A stretch of DNA of 57,719 nucleotides. Source: a virus. Taxonomy: Duplodnaviria; Caudoviricetes. The DNA lies in the IMG/VR virus record IMGVR_UViG_3300037963_001723, positions 1 through 57,719 of that record, one strand, 5' to 3'. This document shows positions 1-8,893 of the stretch, piece after piece. The first letter of the stretch is position 1; each line of letters starts with the position of its first letter. A program made the position numbers and the translations under genes. Under the pieces are notes generated by a model. That model was not told the DNA's origin, made no database searches, and saw only the letters and a list, made by a program, of their open reading frames with translations.

Positions 1-117
1 TAAAGTGCTAAATGCTTGAAATCCAGCTTTAGCTCCTGCAAGCGTAAGTGTTCCTGTACCAGAAGTAGTGCTGGTTTCTTTCACTCTGTCTGCTATTTTC
101 AGACTAAAGTGAGGCAT
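1..117 (-). CDS. Tail fibre-type protein, N-terminal fragment (runs off the left edge)
   Basis: ATG at 117 directly follows the upstream stop. Translates MPHFSLKIADRVKETSTTSGTGTLTLAGA..., a typical DRVKET tail-protein N-terminus. Not in the ORF track. Confidence 0.7.
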   Translation of the reverse strand, partial: MPHFSLKIADRVKETSTTSGTGTLTLAGAKAGFQAFSTL

Positions 118-552
118 TTAGACAATCCTAATTATAGCATTAGTTGCATCTGGAGTAGGAAATTGAATTGTAAAATCCCCACTTGTTGAGCTTTTATCTG
201 AACCAAAATCTAAAACCGCAACAGCAGTATCTGAATTAGTATCATTAAAAATTAATGCACCTCTTGCTGTAATTGTTGAACTACTCCATGTAACATTATC
301 AAAATCAACAAATGCAGTTGTACCGCCTGTTGTTGGCGTTACATTAGTAAGAAGTTTACCTTTAGCAGTATAACCTGTACCACTTGCTTCATTAGATGTA
401 GTATATGCAGTTGTAGAAGCATCTAAACTAGCTGAACTTGTATATAAAGCTATATTAAATGAGTTACCTCCTGCACCACTTGTTTTAAAGTTATGCCCAG
501 CTTCTAATAATTCTTTTTTAAAAGATGTGCACATTGCTTGAGTAATTGCCAT
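118..552 (-). CDS. Conserved virion structural protein (tail/baseplate-associated)
   Basis: 144 aa, Thr/Ser/Ala-rich (MAITQAMCTSFK...VLDFGSDK), in the late operon. Confidence 0.6.
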   Translation of the reverse strand: MAITQAMCTSFKKELLEAGHNFKTSGAGGNSFNIALYTSSASLDASTTAYTTSNEASGTGYTAKGKLLTNVTPTTGGTTAFVDFDNVTWSSSTITARGALIFNDTNSDTAVAVLDFGSDKSSTSGDFTIQFPTPDATNAIIRIV

Positions 553-845
553 TACATTCTCCTAATTATATCAGAGCCACATTTATGACCCTCTTTTTCT
601 AAAGTATATACTAATGTAGTTCTGTCAGATTGAACAGCTTTTTTCATATAGTCAAGAACAACAGTATATATAACATTCTTAAACTCTTTTGCTTGTTGTT
701 GCAACACAGGATCAACATTATCTGAATATTTTATAATTCTATGTGTTGCTTTTTCTGCCCAATATTCTATTGGATGTCCTGAATTTTCTGTTGTATCAAC
801 TATAACATTTCCTAATGACATTTCTGTGTTTACTGTAATAGACAT
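552..845 (-). CDS. Hypothetical phage protein
   Basis: 97 aa, GGAG RBS, stop/start overlap with the next gene. Confidence 0.75.
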   Translation of the reverse strand: MSITVNTEMSLGNVIVDTTENSGHPIEYWAEKATHRIIKYSDNVDPVLQQQAKEFKNVIYTVVLDYMKKAVQSDRTTLVYTLEKEGHKCGSDIIRRM

Positions 846-855
846 TATATCTCCT

Positions 856-1500
856 CTACTCTACTATTTGTCTTGGCTGACCATATCTATAGCTATCTTG
901 CATACTTTTACCAGCTGATTCGTTTCTTAGTCTTGCTAACGCCTCCTGGTACTGAGTTTCATACAATTGCTGCATATCAGCTTCACCCTTTAAAAATAAA
1001 TTTGCTTGCACCATACTACCATATAATAAACATTCAGGAGCATTAGTTCCTAACCATGTTTGACCTCCTGCAACTTCAGTTATTGACGGAGGACTATAAA
1101 AATAATGTAATTCTGTTGTATAACCACTTGTAGGTGTAGGAGCTAACATAAAAGTATCATCATCAAACAAAGCATAGTATTTTGGCTCTCCTTCTACAGA
1201 TGCATTAGGATATGCCTCTCTTAAAAAAGCTACTTCTTTTAACAATAAAAAAGACTGTTTATTTGAATCTGTAACAGATAAAGAAAAAGGAGCTAAAAAA
1301 TCAGAAGGAGTAGCAAGATATTGAGTTCCTGCTGACATTTGACCTTCTACATTTTTTCTAAAATTTGGTAATTGACAAGTTCTTAATATTCTATCTTCTG
1401 CACTTGTTATAAAATTATCAATATTGTTATTAAAGGAAGTTTCATTTGTATTAGCGTAATCTTTAATTGCTTGTTTTAATGTAGTGTAAGTAAATGACAT
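856..1500 (-). CDS. Head-tail adaptor / tail tubular protein A-like
   Basis: 214 aa with motifs FITSAEDRI, GEPKYY, APTP and LLYGS typical of phage adaptors. Confidence 0.65.
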   Translation of the reverse strand: MSFTYTTLKQAIKDYANTNETSFNNNIDNFITSAEDRILRTCQLPNFRKNVEGQMSAGTQYLATPSDFLAPFSLSVTDSNKQSFLLLKEVAFLREAYPNASVEGEPKYYALFDDDTFMLAPTPTSGYTTELHYFYSPPSITEVAGGQTWLGTNAPECLLYGSMVQANLFLKGEADMQQLYETQYQEALARLRNESAGKSMQDSYRYGQPRQIVE

Positions 1501-1503
1501 AAT

Positions 1504-1839
1504 CTAACTCGTTACTATTGTTACAGAACCTACTGTTCCGTTAATTATTAAATTTCCTCCTCCCCCACCATTGCCGTTTCCTACAGGATCAAAAGCAGAC
1601 ATTCTTCTACTTTCTTCTAAATTTTGATCAGGCCTAGCAAATGGTAATGCTTGTGCGTCAAGAAACTTATATCTTCCTTGAAAGTTTTGACCTTGATCTT
1701 TATCCCATACATCTTTTCCAACTAAAAATCCTGTTTTACTACCACCAACAAATTCTTGTTTTAAATCTTTTAATTTGTAACGAAAACCTGTTCTGTCACA
1801 AAATCCAAATGCATGTTTTCCTGTAGCGTATTTAGGCAT
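1504..1839 (-). CDS. Conserved hypothetical phage protein
   Basis: 111 aa, CDRTGFRY motif, coupled to the upstream gene. Confidence 0.7.
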   Translation of the reverse strand: MPKYATGKHAFGFCDRTGFRYKLKDLKQEFVGGSKTGFLVGKDVWDKDQGQNFQGRYKFLDAQALPFARPDQNLEESRRMSAFDPVGNGNGGGGGNLIINGTVGSVTIVTS

Positions 1840-2537
1840 TATTCACCATAACTATAACTATAAGGAACAAACTGAAAAGATGCTTTTACTCTATCTTCTT
1901 GAGCAGCTAAATCAAATTGCTCCATATAATATTCTCTTAATAAAACAACTCTATCAGCAAGTTCAGGTCTTTTCATAGCAATATGAAAAGCAAGACCTGC
2001 TATTAAAGCTGGTAAAAATCTTACAGGAACATCAGCATTATTGTTTGCTGTATCACCTACATCAAAAATTCTTCTTAAATAATAATACACAAAAGTATAT
2101 GTGTCAGCTCCATCAGGAACTGGCCAAAAATTAATTACTGGAGCTTCTCTTTGTCTGTTTATCCATAATTGAATAGGTCTACCTTTACTTAATTTATTTG
2201 GTAATGCTGAATATGTAGAATTACTTATTCTAGTTATTGGTATATCATTTTGTTTACTAGAATCTCCTGAATCAGTTCTTATAGTATATTCAATTAAATC
2301 AATTATATCTGATCCTAATGTATATTCTCCAGTTCCTTCTGTAAGAACTTTCGTACCTTTAGCAACAGTCCAAAGATTAACCCCTCTATTTTGCCATTCA
2401 AGACATAATAAATCTAACGATCTTCTTGCAGTTCTTAAGTCATAGCCAGTTCTCATTTCTAAGCCAGCTCTTTCAAAAGCTTCTTCACAAATCTCACCGA
2501 TGTCTAAATTAAATGTTGATGTATTTGTTACTGCCAT
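1839..2537 (-). CDS. Head completion/adaptor protein (P22 gp4-like)
   Basis: 232 aa (EEAFERAG...ARRSL...W.NRG.NLW; WPVPD), downstream of the capsid genes. Confidence 0.6.
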   Translation of the reverse strand: MAVTNTSTFNLDIGEICEEAFERAGLEMRTGYDLRTARRSLDLLCLEWQNRGVNLWTVAKGTKVLTEGTGEYTLGSDIIDLIEYTIRTDSGDSSKQNDIPITRISNSTYSALPNKLSKGRPIQLWINRQREAPVINFWPVPDGADTYTFVYYYLRRIFDVGDTANNNADVPVRFLPALIAGLAFHIAMKRPELADRVVLLREYYMEQFDLAAQEDRVKASFQFVPYSYSYGE

Positions 2538-2549
2538 ATTTATTCCTTG

Positions 2550-3635
2550 TTATTTCTTTTTATCAGAATATTTATCTAAAAGAAACAAAAGAAAGTCTCT
2601 TCCTACTTCTATATCCTTAAAACACTGTACCATATTATGTTCTTCAGCGTTAGGGTCAATTACTTGCATTATAGCTTGTCCATGACTTTGTTCGTCTAAA
2701 CCTTTATCTCTAGCATACTTATCAAAAAATTTATACCCACGAGCACGAGCTAACCAATGTATTTTACCATCATATAACTCATGTTGTGCTAATGCCCAAG
2801 TATGTCTATGACCTGCTATATACAAATGAGCATCTCCTTGAAAATTAGCTTTTTTCATCTGCGCATGAAGTGGGTTCCACATAGAATGCCCAGGCATATC
2901 ATGGGCCGTATAAATCTTACATTGTTTTCCATTAGGAAAATCAAGAGATATTCTGCTTTCCCAAGGATCATATATCGTATGAGGAGATTTCATATAATTT
3001 ATTGGGTCTCCAGCTCCACTCCATAAATCGTGGTTACCCCCAATCAATAAAAGAAAATCAGTTTCTTTAATAAACCATTCCACGAGCTTCCATGCAGTTG
3101 ACTCACTCGTGTCCTGGTCGCCATATAGGCGTGCCAATCTCCCCACCCAATTATTGCTCATATCTCCCAAACTTGCGCCTTTTATGTTTTCGTGAGAGTT
3201 TATAATGTCTATATCTCTTCTTAATGTAGTCCAATCACAACCATTATCATCAATATGAGGGTCTCCCATCCAAACAATCGCTATAGGTTCATCAGATTTT
3301 ATTTTTATGTGATGCCATTTAGTTTTCTTTTTTCTGTTTCTATATTTTTCAAATCTATTTGTTAAATGATCTACATATTCTGACATATCTTCTTTTTCTT
3401 CAATAGTTTCAGAATCTATCTCAAACATCATATCGTTAGGAAGTTTATGAGCAAATTCACGAGCCCAATATTCTTCTTCAGATATTTTAAATTTTCTTTT
3501 CCCCATATCAATATGTGACCTATATGTGGTCATAGGCAACCCAAGTTCGTGAGCTGCCTGTTTTTGACTGTCGCAATATAAAAATTGTTTTAAAGCACGA
3601 ATCAGAATTTTATCGTCTAGCTTATGATTAGCCAT
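2550..3635 (-). CDS. Calcineurin-like metallophosphoesterase with N-terminal HTH
   Basis: Motifs GDPH, GD, GNHD, AH and GHRH. N-terminal SQKQAAHELGLPMTTYRSHI is HTH-like. Confidence 0.8.
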   Translation of the reverse strand: MANHKLDDKILIRALKQFLYCDSQKQAAHELGLPMTTYRSHIDMGKRKFKISEEEYWAREFAHKLPNDMMFEIDSETIEEKEDMSEYVDHLTNRFEKYRNRKKKTKWHHIKIKSDEPIAIVWMGDPHIDDNGCDWTTLRRDIDIINSHENIKGASLGDMSNNWVGRLARLYGDQDTSESTAWKLVEWFIKETDFLLLIGGNHDLWSGAGDPINYMKSPHTIYDPWESRISLDFPNGKQCKIYTAHDMPGHSMWNPLHAQMKKANFQGDAHLYIAGHRHTWALAQHELYDGKIHWLARARGYKFFDKYARDKGLDEQSHGQAIMQVIDPNAEEHNMVQCFKDIEVGRDFLLFLLDKYSDKKK

Positions 3636-3660
3636 GATTTCTCCCTTTTAAAAATTGATT

Positions 3661-4071
3661 TTAATAGTATTTTTTAAATTCAATAACAATTGTATAAGTG
3701 TCACCTGAACCTGCACCAACAGTAGTAAATAATACATCTCCATTAGCACCTGTTGCTTCGCTATTAGTTAAGGCAGTAAATTCTTTAAAACATATTGTAT
3801 CTGACCAATCTTCTTTTAATTCAATTGCAAGATCGTTAGAATTAGCTTTCCAAAGAATTTTTACACCCATACCCACATTAGAATACCATATTTTTGATAT
3901 TCCAACTCTTCTACACGCTTTTCCTAATTGATTTGGTTCTAGTGTAAGACCTGTTCCACCACTATTTAAATCAATTTTAACTGCATTAGTTTCTGCTGTA
4001 TTGTCAGGATTAGTAAAAACACAGATAGCTTTAGATGGTCCATCTTGAAGTTTTCTTAATTGTGCTGCCAT
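3661..4071 (-). CDS. Hypothetical structural protein
   Basis: 136 aa, beta-rich, late operon, GGAG RBS. Confidence 0.6.
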   Translation of the reverse strand: MAAQLRKLQDGPSKAICVFTNPDNTAETNAVKIDLNSGGTGLTLEPNQLGKACRRVGISKIWYSNVGMGVKILWKANSNDLAIELKEDWSDTICFKEFTALTNSEATGANGDVLFTTVGAGSGDTYTIVIEFKKYY

Positions 4072-4194
4072 TTACTTCTCCTTTTTATTGGATTTTACAG
4101 CTTGAACAAAACCAACTCTAGTGTATTTATCTTTTACTTTTTTAGGTTTTGACTTAGCTTTAGACTTAGCTTTGCTTTCTTTTTCTTCTGCCAT
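4072..4194 (-). CDS. Small Lys-rich protein (40 aa)
   Basis: MAEEKESKAKSKAKSKPKKVKDKYTRVGFVQAVKSNKKEK. AAGGAGG RBS; fills the gap exactly. Not in the ORF track. Confidence 0.75.
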   Translation of the reverse strand: MAEEKESKAKSKAKSKPKKVKDKYTRVGFVQAVKSNKKEK

Positions 4195-4211
4195 TTAGAC
4201 CTCCTTAGTTA

Positions 4212-4667
4212 TTAAGAAAGGTTATTGTTTTGAACATAAAGAACAGTAACTGTAGCAACACCTGCTGTTCCGTTACCATTAGCTCCTGTAAAGTCAGCAA
4301 GAACTTCTAAATCAGTTGCTCCTACATTTGTAGCTTCAGTATCTAAAGTTCCGTGTGTTGTCGCAACAGCTTTTACATTAACAGTACCTAAAAAGGCATC
4401 TGCGTCTGCTGCAGTACCAACTGAAATTGTTGCTGCACCGCCATCATTACTTGCAGTTGTTACATTTAAAATAACATCTACAATTTGTGAGTTTGCAGGA
4501 ACTACTGCAACTCTTTGGTTAAGATGACTTGCACCTGTGATATCTGCTAAAATTGATTGTGACATTACAACAGAACCAACATTAGTAACATTAGTTCCTA
4601 CTGTTGTACCTGTGGTATCGTTAATAGTGCCTGCTTTAATTGGCCCTGAAAATGTTGTTTTACCCAT
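4212..4667 (-). CDS. Putative minor capsid/decoration protein
   Basis: 151 aa, MGKTTFSGPIKAG N-terminus, directly downstream of the major capsid gene. Confidence 0.55.
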   Translation of the reverse strand: MGKTTFSGPIKAGTINDTTGTTVGTNVTNVGSVVMSQSILADITGASHLNQRVAVVPANSQIVDVILNVTTASNDGGAATISVGTAADADAFLGTVNVKAVATTHGTLDTEATNVGATDLEVLADFTGANGNGTAGVATVTVLYVQNNNLS

Positions 4668-4739
4668 GTTAATCTCCTTGTCGTTGGGTTGTCTAACCGA
4701 AGTTAGTCAAGTGATTCGTTTTCATATATTTAAAATACA

Positions 4740-4775
4740 CGAAAAAAAAGGAGGATGCAAGACATCCTCCTTTAA
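4740..4775 (-). terminator. Intrinsic terminator after the major capsid gene
   Basis: AAAGGAGGATG-caaga-CATCCTCCTTT hairpin with a T-run on the minus strand. Confidence 0.85.
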
Positions 4776-4795
4776 TTGTTCTATACGCTTAAAAC

Positions 4796-5734
4796 CTATG
4801 AAGAACCAGGACTTCCGTATATTCCTAGAGGGTCTGATACACCGAAGCTGTATCTTTCTCTAGCACGATATCTCACATTACCTGTGTCGAAATCGCCATC
4901 CATACCTGTTTCTAATGGTGTTCTAACGAAGTGCTTCATACCATTAGGTATATCAGTAAGTAAGAACCAAGCGTTAGTATCAGTTAAATAGTGATTAACT
5001 GAATAACCGTCAGGTATTACTCCTAATGATTTGATAGCATTAATATCGTTATCAGCAGTATTTGGTCTTAAATCGGTTGCTAGTATCCTTTGAGCAACGA
5101 ACATTAGATTAGATGGTACAATAAGTTTTCTTGCACGACCTGCAACTAATAATCCTCTTTCATCGGTATAACCAGAAATGTCGATTATCGCAGCTTCTAA
5201 TGAAGTTTCATTAAGGTCTGCAGCTGTTACAGGGCGGTTACTGTTCTTACCACCATTAACTAGTGGGTGACCATCACCTCCTGCAACACCATCACCATCG
5301 GCAGTAAATAAATTTACGCCATCTCCTGATTGATATGTGTTAGTAAAACCATTATTTAGAGGAAAAGCAGCTTTTACTTGCTTAGTATAAGCCATTGCTC
5401 TAGCTAGTGCTTTCGTGTATCTGCTTGATAGACTATCGTATAGATTGTCTTCCATAGCTTCTTCAGTAATTGCGAAGCCGAGAGCAATTGTTTCGTGGTT
5501 ATATCTAGCTGTAAAAGATTCCTGAGCAGAATCATAAGTCATTGCTGCTCCTTCATTTTTTACTGGTGCTTGACCAAAACCAGAAAGTTTTACTTCCTCT
5601 TCAAATGAACGATCAGAATTTTCAGTTTCATAAATTTCTGCGTGTTCTGAATCGTATCCTTCATACTCTAAACCAAACAAAGCATTTAAGCCTGGTAAGA
5701 GTTCTTTAAGCATCTGGGCTCTTGAAATTGCCAT
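4796..5734 (-). CDS. Major capsid protein (HK97 fold, Mu gpT-like family)
   Basis: 312 aa, MAISRAQ..KEL.PGLNALFG and RERYSFG.SDP.G motifs. Lies after scaffold and portal and is followed by a terminator. Confidence 0.9.
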   Translation of the reverse strand: MAISRAQMLKELLPGLNALFGLEYEGYDSEHAEIYETENSDRSFEEEVKLSGFGQAPVKNEGAAMTYDSAQESFTARYNHETIALGFAITEEAMEDNLYDSLSSRYTKALARAMAYTKQVKAAFPLNNGFTNTYQSGDGVNLFTADGDGVAGGDGHPLVNGGKNSNRPVTAADLNETSLEAAIIDISGYTDERGLLVAGRARKLIVPSNLMFVAQRILATDLRPNTADNDINAIKSLGVIPDGYSVNHYLTDTNAWFLLTDIPNGMKHFVRTPLETGMDGDFDTGNVRYRARERYSFGVSDPLGIYGSPGSS

Positions 5735-5746
5735 ATCTTATTCCTC

Positions 5747-6337
5747 CTATACGCCTGTTGCTTTATCGTATGCATGCATTCCTGCGTTGAATGTCACAAT
5801 AAGATCAGTATATGCATCTCCTGCTGTGCTTTCTCCGCTTTCAACGAATCCAAGTATACGAAGTGGTAGAGTGTTAGTTGTAGCGACTGTACTCGCATCT
5901 AGTGCATTTTTGCTTCTACCAATATCTGCACTACCTGCTGTTTGTACAACGCCTGCGTTTTTACCAAATGCGTCTTTCGTTACAGCGCCATCTGCTTGCA
6001 TTCTGAACTCTACATTAGGATCGTCTAAGACAATCGCTTCGATATCAGAAGCAGCAATTGGTTGGTTGTAAGATTGAGCAAAGGTAAGTTGATTGGTGTT
6101 AGGGTCAGTATATCTAACTCCTAAAAAGATACCAATAGGTGTTAATGTTGCAGTTCCAGTATCTTTAGCGATAGTTGTTGTTGCTCCATTATCTACTAGC
6201 TTAACGAAATCACCATAGAAAATACTTGTAGCATATCCTGATGCAATCGGAATATGTCTTGTTTTTCCACTAAATGATCCACTAGCTGAAGTAGTTCCTA
6301 CTGGCTCTGCACCCATAGGTGTAGCTGTTGTAGCCAT
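5747..6337 (-). CDS. Capsid cement/decoration-type protein
   Basis: 196 aa, Ala/Thr-rich, directly upstream of the major capsid gene. Confidence 0.55.
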   Translation of the reverse strand: MATTATPMGAEPVGTTSASGSFSGKTRHIPIASGYATSIFYGDFVKLVDNGATTTIAKDTGTATLTPIGIFLGVRYTDPNTNQLTFAQSYNQPIAASDIEAIVLDDPNVEFRMQADGAVTKDAFGKNAGVVQTAGSADIGRSKNALDASTVATTNTLPLRILGFVESGESTAGDAYTDLIVTFNAGMHAYDKATGV

Positions 6338-6356
6338 AACTTACTCCTTAAGTTAA

Positions 6357-6908
6357 TTAATGTTTACCGAATGTAACCCTTGATTGTCTTTGCGGTTCTA
6401 GCATTGGCATTCTTGGATCACTTTCTCTTAAATAATTGTTATCTATTGATTCTACCTGTTGTTGAGCTAACTGATCATAGTATGCTCGTCTTGCTTCCAC
6501 AGTTTCAACAGGAGCTTTACATAATAGTAGACCACCTATTTCAATACATCCATCATCTGCCCATCTTGAGTTTTGATCGCACAAGATTTTTAATTCTGGA
6601 TGGTCTTCTGATTTACAAGCTTCCCAGCCCTCTCTGAATCTATAAGATACATTTGGGTTATCTGATTGACCTACAATAGAAGTTCTTATCCACCTAAACA
6701 CATAACCAGCTTGTGGTTTTGGATCAGGCAATACTGAAGGTGGTTGCCACGCTTTTGTTCGTTGCGTGTTATCACGATTGGTTTCTTCACGAGCTTCTCG
6801 TGGAGTGCGCCCAGACTCAGCAGTCTCTAGCACATCGGATTCAATGTTTTCTTGTTGATCAGTATTCTTACCAACTTCTACATCTTCAAATTTTTTATTT
6901 TTAGTCAT
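6357..6908 (-). CDS. Conserved head-assembly region protein
   Basis: 183 aa (W.PPS.LP.P, RWIR, REGWE, GGLLLCK), between scaffold and capsid genes. Confidence 0.6.
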   Translation of the reverse strand: MTKNKKFEDVEVGKNTDQQENIESDVLETAESGRTPREAREETNRDNTQRTKAWQPPSVLPDPKPQAGYVFRWIRTSIVGQSDNPNVSYRFREGWEACKSEDHPELKILCDQNSRWADDGCIEIGGLLLCKAPVETVEARRAYYDQLAQQQVESIDNNYLRESDPRMPMLEPQRQSRVTFGKH

Positions 6909-7939
6909 TATCTATCCTTTACTAATTGAGCTGCATATTGCTCTGGTGTTATACCAAGTTTCCTTGCGAGAGAAACTTGAGTAGCAGTTAATTTGACCTT
7001 TTTAGGTCTTGCTCCGTTATTTCTAGTCGCTGGAGCTACTACTTCTGCCGACTTGCGAGGTTCTTCAGGCTCTGCTACTGCCTGTTCTGTACCCTCGAAC
7101 GAATCAGGAAATACTTCCCTCATTCGTGAATTAATGCGATCATAATACTCATCTGTAGTTGGGTCAAGCCCTTCTTTAGTGACGAGCTTATTGTGTAAGC
7201 CATATGCAAAACTTGTCATTTCTTCATCTTTACCAAACCATTCATTCTTTTCTGCCCAAGCCTGCGCTTTTGCATCTGGTTGAACTGGTTCAGGTATAGG
7301 TTCTGGTTGTCGTTGTTGCGGTTGTGTATTTTGATTATTTCTAGCAATTTGTTGCTCTTCAGCTATTACTTTATTTGCTATATCAGTAGGAAGGTTTACT
7401 GCCTCTTGATGTGCAAATGTTGCTTCTGTGAGAGCTGTTTGAGCTTTTGCAATCGCCTCAGCGTCTCCAGACTCATAGGCCTCCTTATACGCTTTAGTTG
7501 CTGATTTTTTTGCATATTCAGCTTTTTCTTGGGCTTGCTTAACGAGCTCTTGCTGGCCACTTCCGACAAGTCGAGAAAGGCGTTGATTTTCAGCAACTGC
7601 CCTTTTAGCATGAGTAACAGCTTCATCCCTGAGCCGTAATGCTTTTTCTTTTTCTCTTCTTTCTTCGTGGTAATCATATTTTAATTTTTGTATTCTTTTA
7701 GTTGCTCCTTCAGATAAATCTTCAACTTCTTTCTTATTACCTGCTTTAGCATCTTGTCGAGGTGGCTTTCTATCTTCTTCAGGCCTGTCATCTACGACTT
7801 CTACCTCTATGTTTTCGGAGTCTTTATTAGTGCCTACAGTAGATTTAACTCCTAAAAATTTATCTTCTGTACTTGTTTGAGGCTCAGGAAGCGGTGATTC
7901 GCTTTCTAAAGACTCTTCGGCTAGTTGTGTTTCGGTCAT
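6908..7939 (-). CDS. Capsid scaffolding protein
   Basis: 343 aa, acidic coiled-coil, C-terminal ARKLGITPEQYA. Confidence 0.7.
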   Translation of the reverse strand: MTETQLAEESLESESPLPEPQTSTEDKFLGVKSTVGTNKDSENIEVEVVDDRPEEDRKPPRQDAKAGNKKEVEDLSEGATKRIQKLKYDYHEERREKEKALRLRDEAVTHAKRAVAENQRLSRLVGSGQQELVKQAQEKAEYAKKSATKAYKEAYESGDAEAIAKAQTALTEATFAHQEAVNLPTDIANKVIAEEQQIARNNQNTQPQQRQPEPIPEPVQPDAKAQAWAEKNEWFGKDEEMTSFAYGLHNKLVTKEGLDPTTDEYYDRINSRMREVFPDSFEGTEQAVAEPEEPRKSAEVVAPATRNNGARPKKVKLTATQVSLARKLGITPEQYAAQLVKDR

Positions 7940-8361
7940 ACTCTTTCTATGCCTCTTGGGTCTTGAACGACAGCTTCTACATTGTCGTCATTAATAATTC
8001 TAAATTCTTTGCCGTGTATTTTCAAGCGTGTGCCTGTAAAAGCACGAAAAACAATCCAGTCTCCTTCTTTACACCATGCTCCTGATGGGAATTTCTTCTT
8101 ATCATCATAGCAATCTTCACCCATTTTTAGCACAAAACCTACTACTGTGGCAATCTCTTCCGTTTGTAATATTGATTCTGTCTTATAAATACCACCCTCT
8201 GTCTTATCGTCAGGCTCAGGTAAAGCAATTAAAATTCTATATCCTTTAGGTTCAGGAAGTTGGTTTGCAGTTTCTTTTTCTTCCTTTTCTTTCTTTTCTT
8301 TTCTTTTATCTGTAACTTTTGTAAGTTTTGATGTTGTAGTCATTTCTGATGGTACTCCCAT
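7936..8361 (-). CDS. groES: Co-chaperonin GroES (Cpn10)
   Basis: P.GYRILI, KTEGGI mobile loop, KEGD.IVF, GKEFRIINDDNVEAVV. Confidence 0.85.
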   Translation of the reverse strand: MGVPSEMTTTSKLTKVTDKRKEKKEKEEKETANQLPEPKGYRILIALPEPDDKTEGGIYKTESILQTEEIATVVGFVLKMGEDCYDDKKKFPSGAWCKEGDWIVFRAFTGTRLKIHGKEFRIINDDNVEAVVQDPRGIERV

Positions 8362-8550
8362 TTATTCCTCCATTAATCTAGCTTCTAAATCTGCGACTTC
8401 TCTATCAGCGATTGATAATCCTTCTATAATTCCTATTATTTTTTTATATTGAGCAAAATCTTTAGCAGAACCTTGACCAAGATTCTCCTCATGTTGTTTT
8501 CTCATTTTTTGTAAATTTTGTCTTAAAAGACTAAAAGCTGATTCTGCCAT
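8362..8550 (-). CDS. Hypothetical protein (62 aa)
   Basis: GGAG RBS; small helical ORF just upstream of GroES. Confidence 0.75.
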   Translation of the reverse strand: MAESAFSLLRQNLQKMRKQHEENLGQGSAKDFAQYKKIIGIIEGLSIADREVADLEARLMEE

Positions 8551-8568
8551 GTTTCTCCCTAAATATAT

Positions 8569-8742
8569 TTATAATAAATATTTTCTTCTATTGTACCATA
8601 ATATAAAAGCTATGTTTACAGGTAATATAAACATAAACATAGGAATATCAAGAGGTGGCAATAAAGATTTTATCGTTACATAAAAACTAAAGACACCAAC
8701 AATACAAAATAATATTTTAAAAAACTCTAGTAACGCAAACAT
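8569..8742 (-). CDS. Small membrane protein (57 aa, 2 hydrophobic segments)
   Basis: MFALLEFFKILFCIVGVFSFYVTIKSLLPPLDIPMFMFILPVNIAFILWYNRRKYLL, translated by hand. Confidence 0.55.
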   Translation of the reverse strand: MFALLEFFKILFCIVGVFSFYVTIKSLLPPLDIPMFMFILPVNIAFILWYNRRKYLL

Positions 8743-8744
8743 CT

Positions 8745-8885
8745 TTAAGATGTTTCGTTATCTTGAGTTGATATTCTTATATCTATCTGTTGGGATTCTG
8801 GTATATCAGCGTTCAACATAATTCTTGAACTACCACATCCTGCTAGAAAGATAGTTAATATAAAAATAATTGTTATATTTTTCAT
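8745..8885 (-). CDS. Small lipoprotein (46 aa)
   Basis: MKNITIIFILTIFLAGC|GSS... with a LAGC lipobox and GGAGGAG RBS. Not in the ORF track. Confidence 0.75.
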   Translation of the reverse strand: MKNITIIFILTIFLAGCGSSRIMLNADIPESQQIDIRISTQDNETS

Positions 8886-8893
8886 AACTCCTC

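Noticed and set aside
763-777. Possible self-target of the first array unit (minus strand acatccaatagaata contains both spacer sequences, overlapping)
   Set aside because: Both matches are on the same strand and in B-then-A order, unlike known TIGR geometry. The sequence is AT-rich and the unit is degenerate, so chance is likely. I found no A+revcomp(B) self-target by eye, but the search was not exhaustive.
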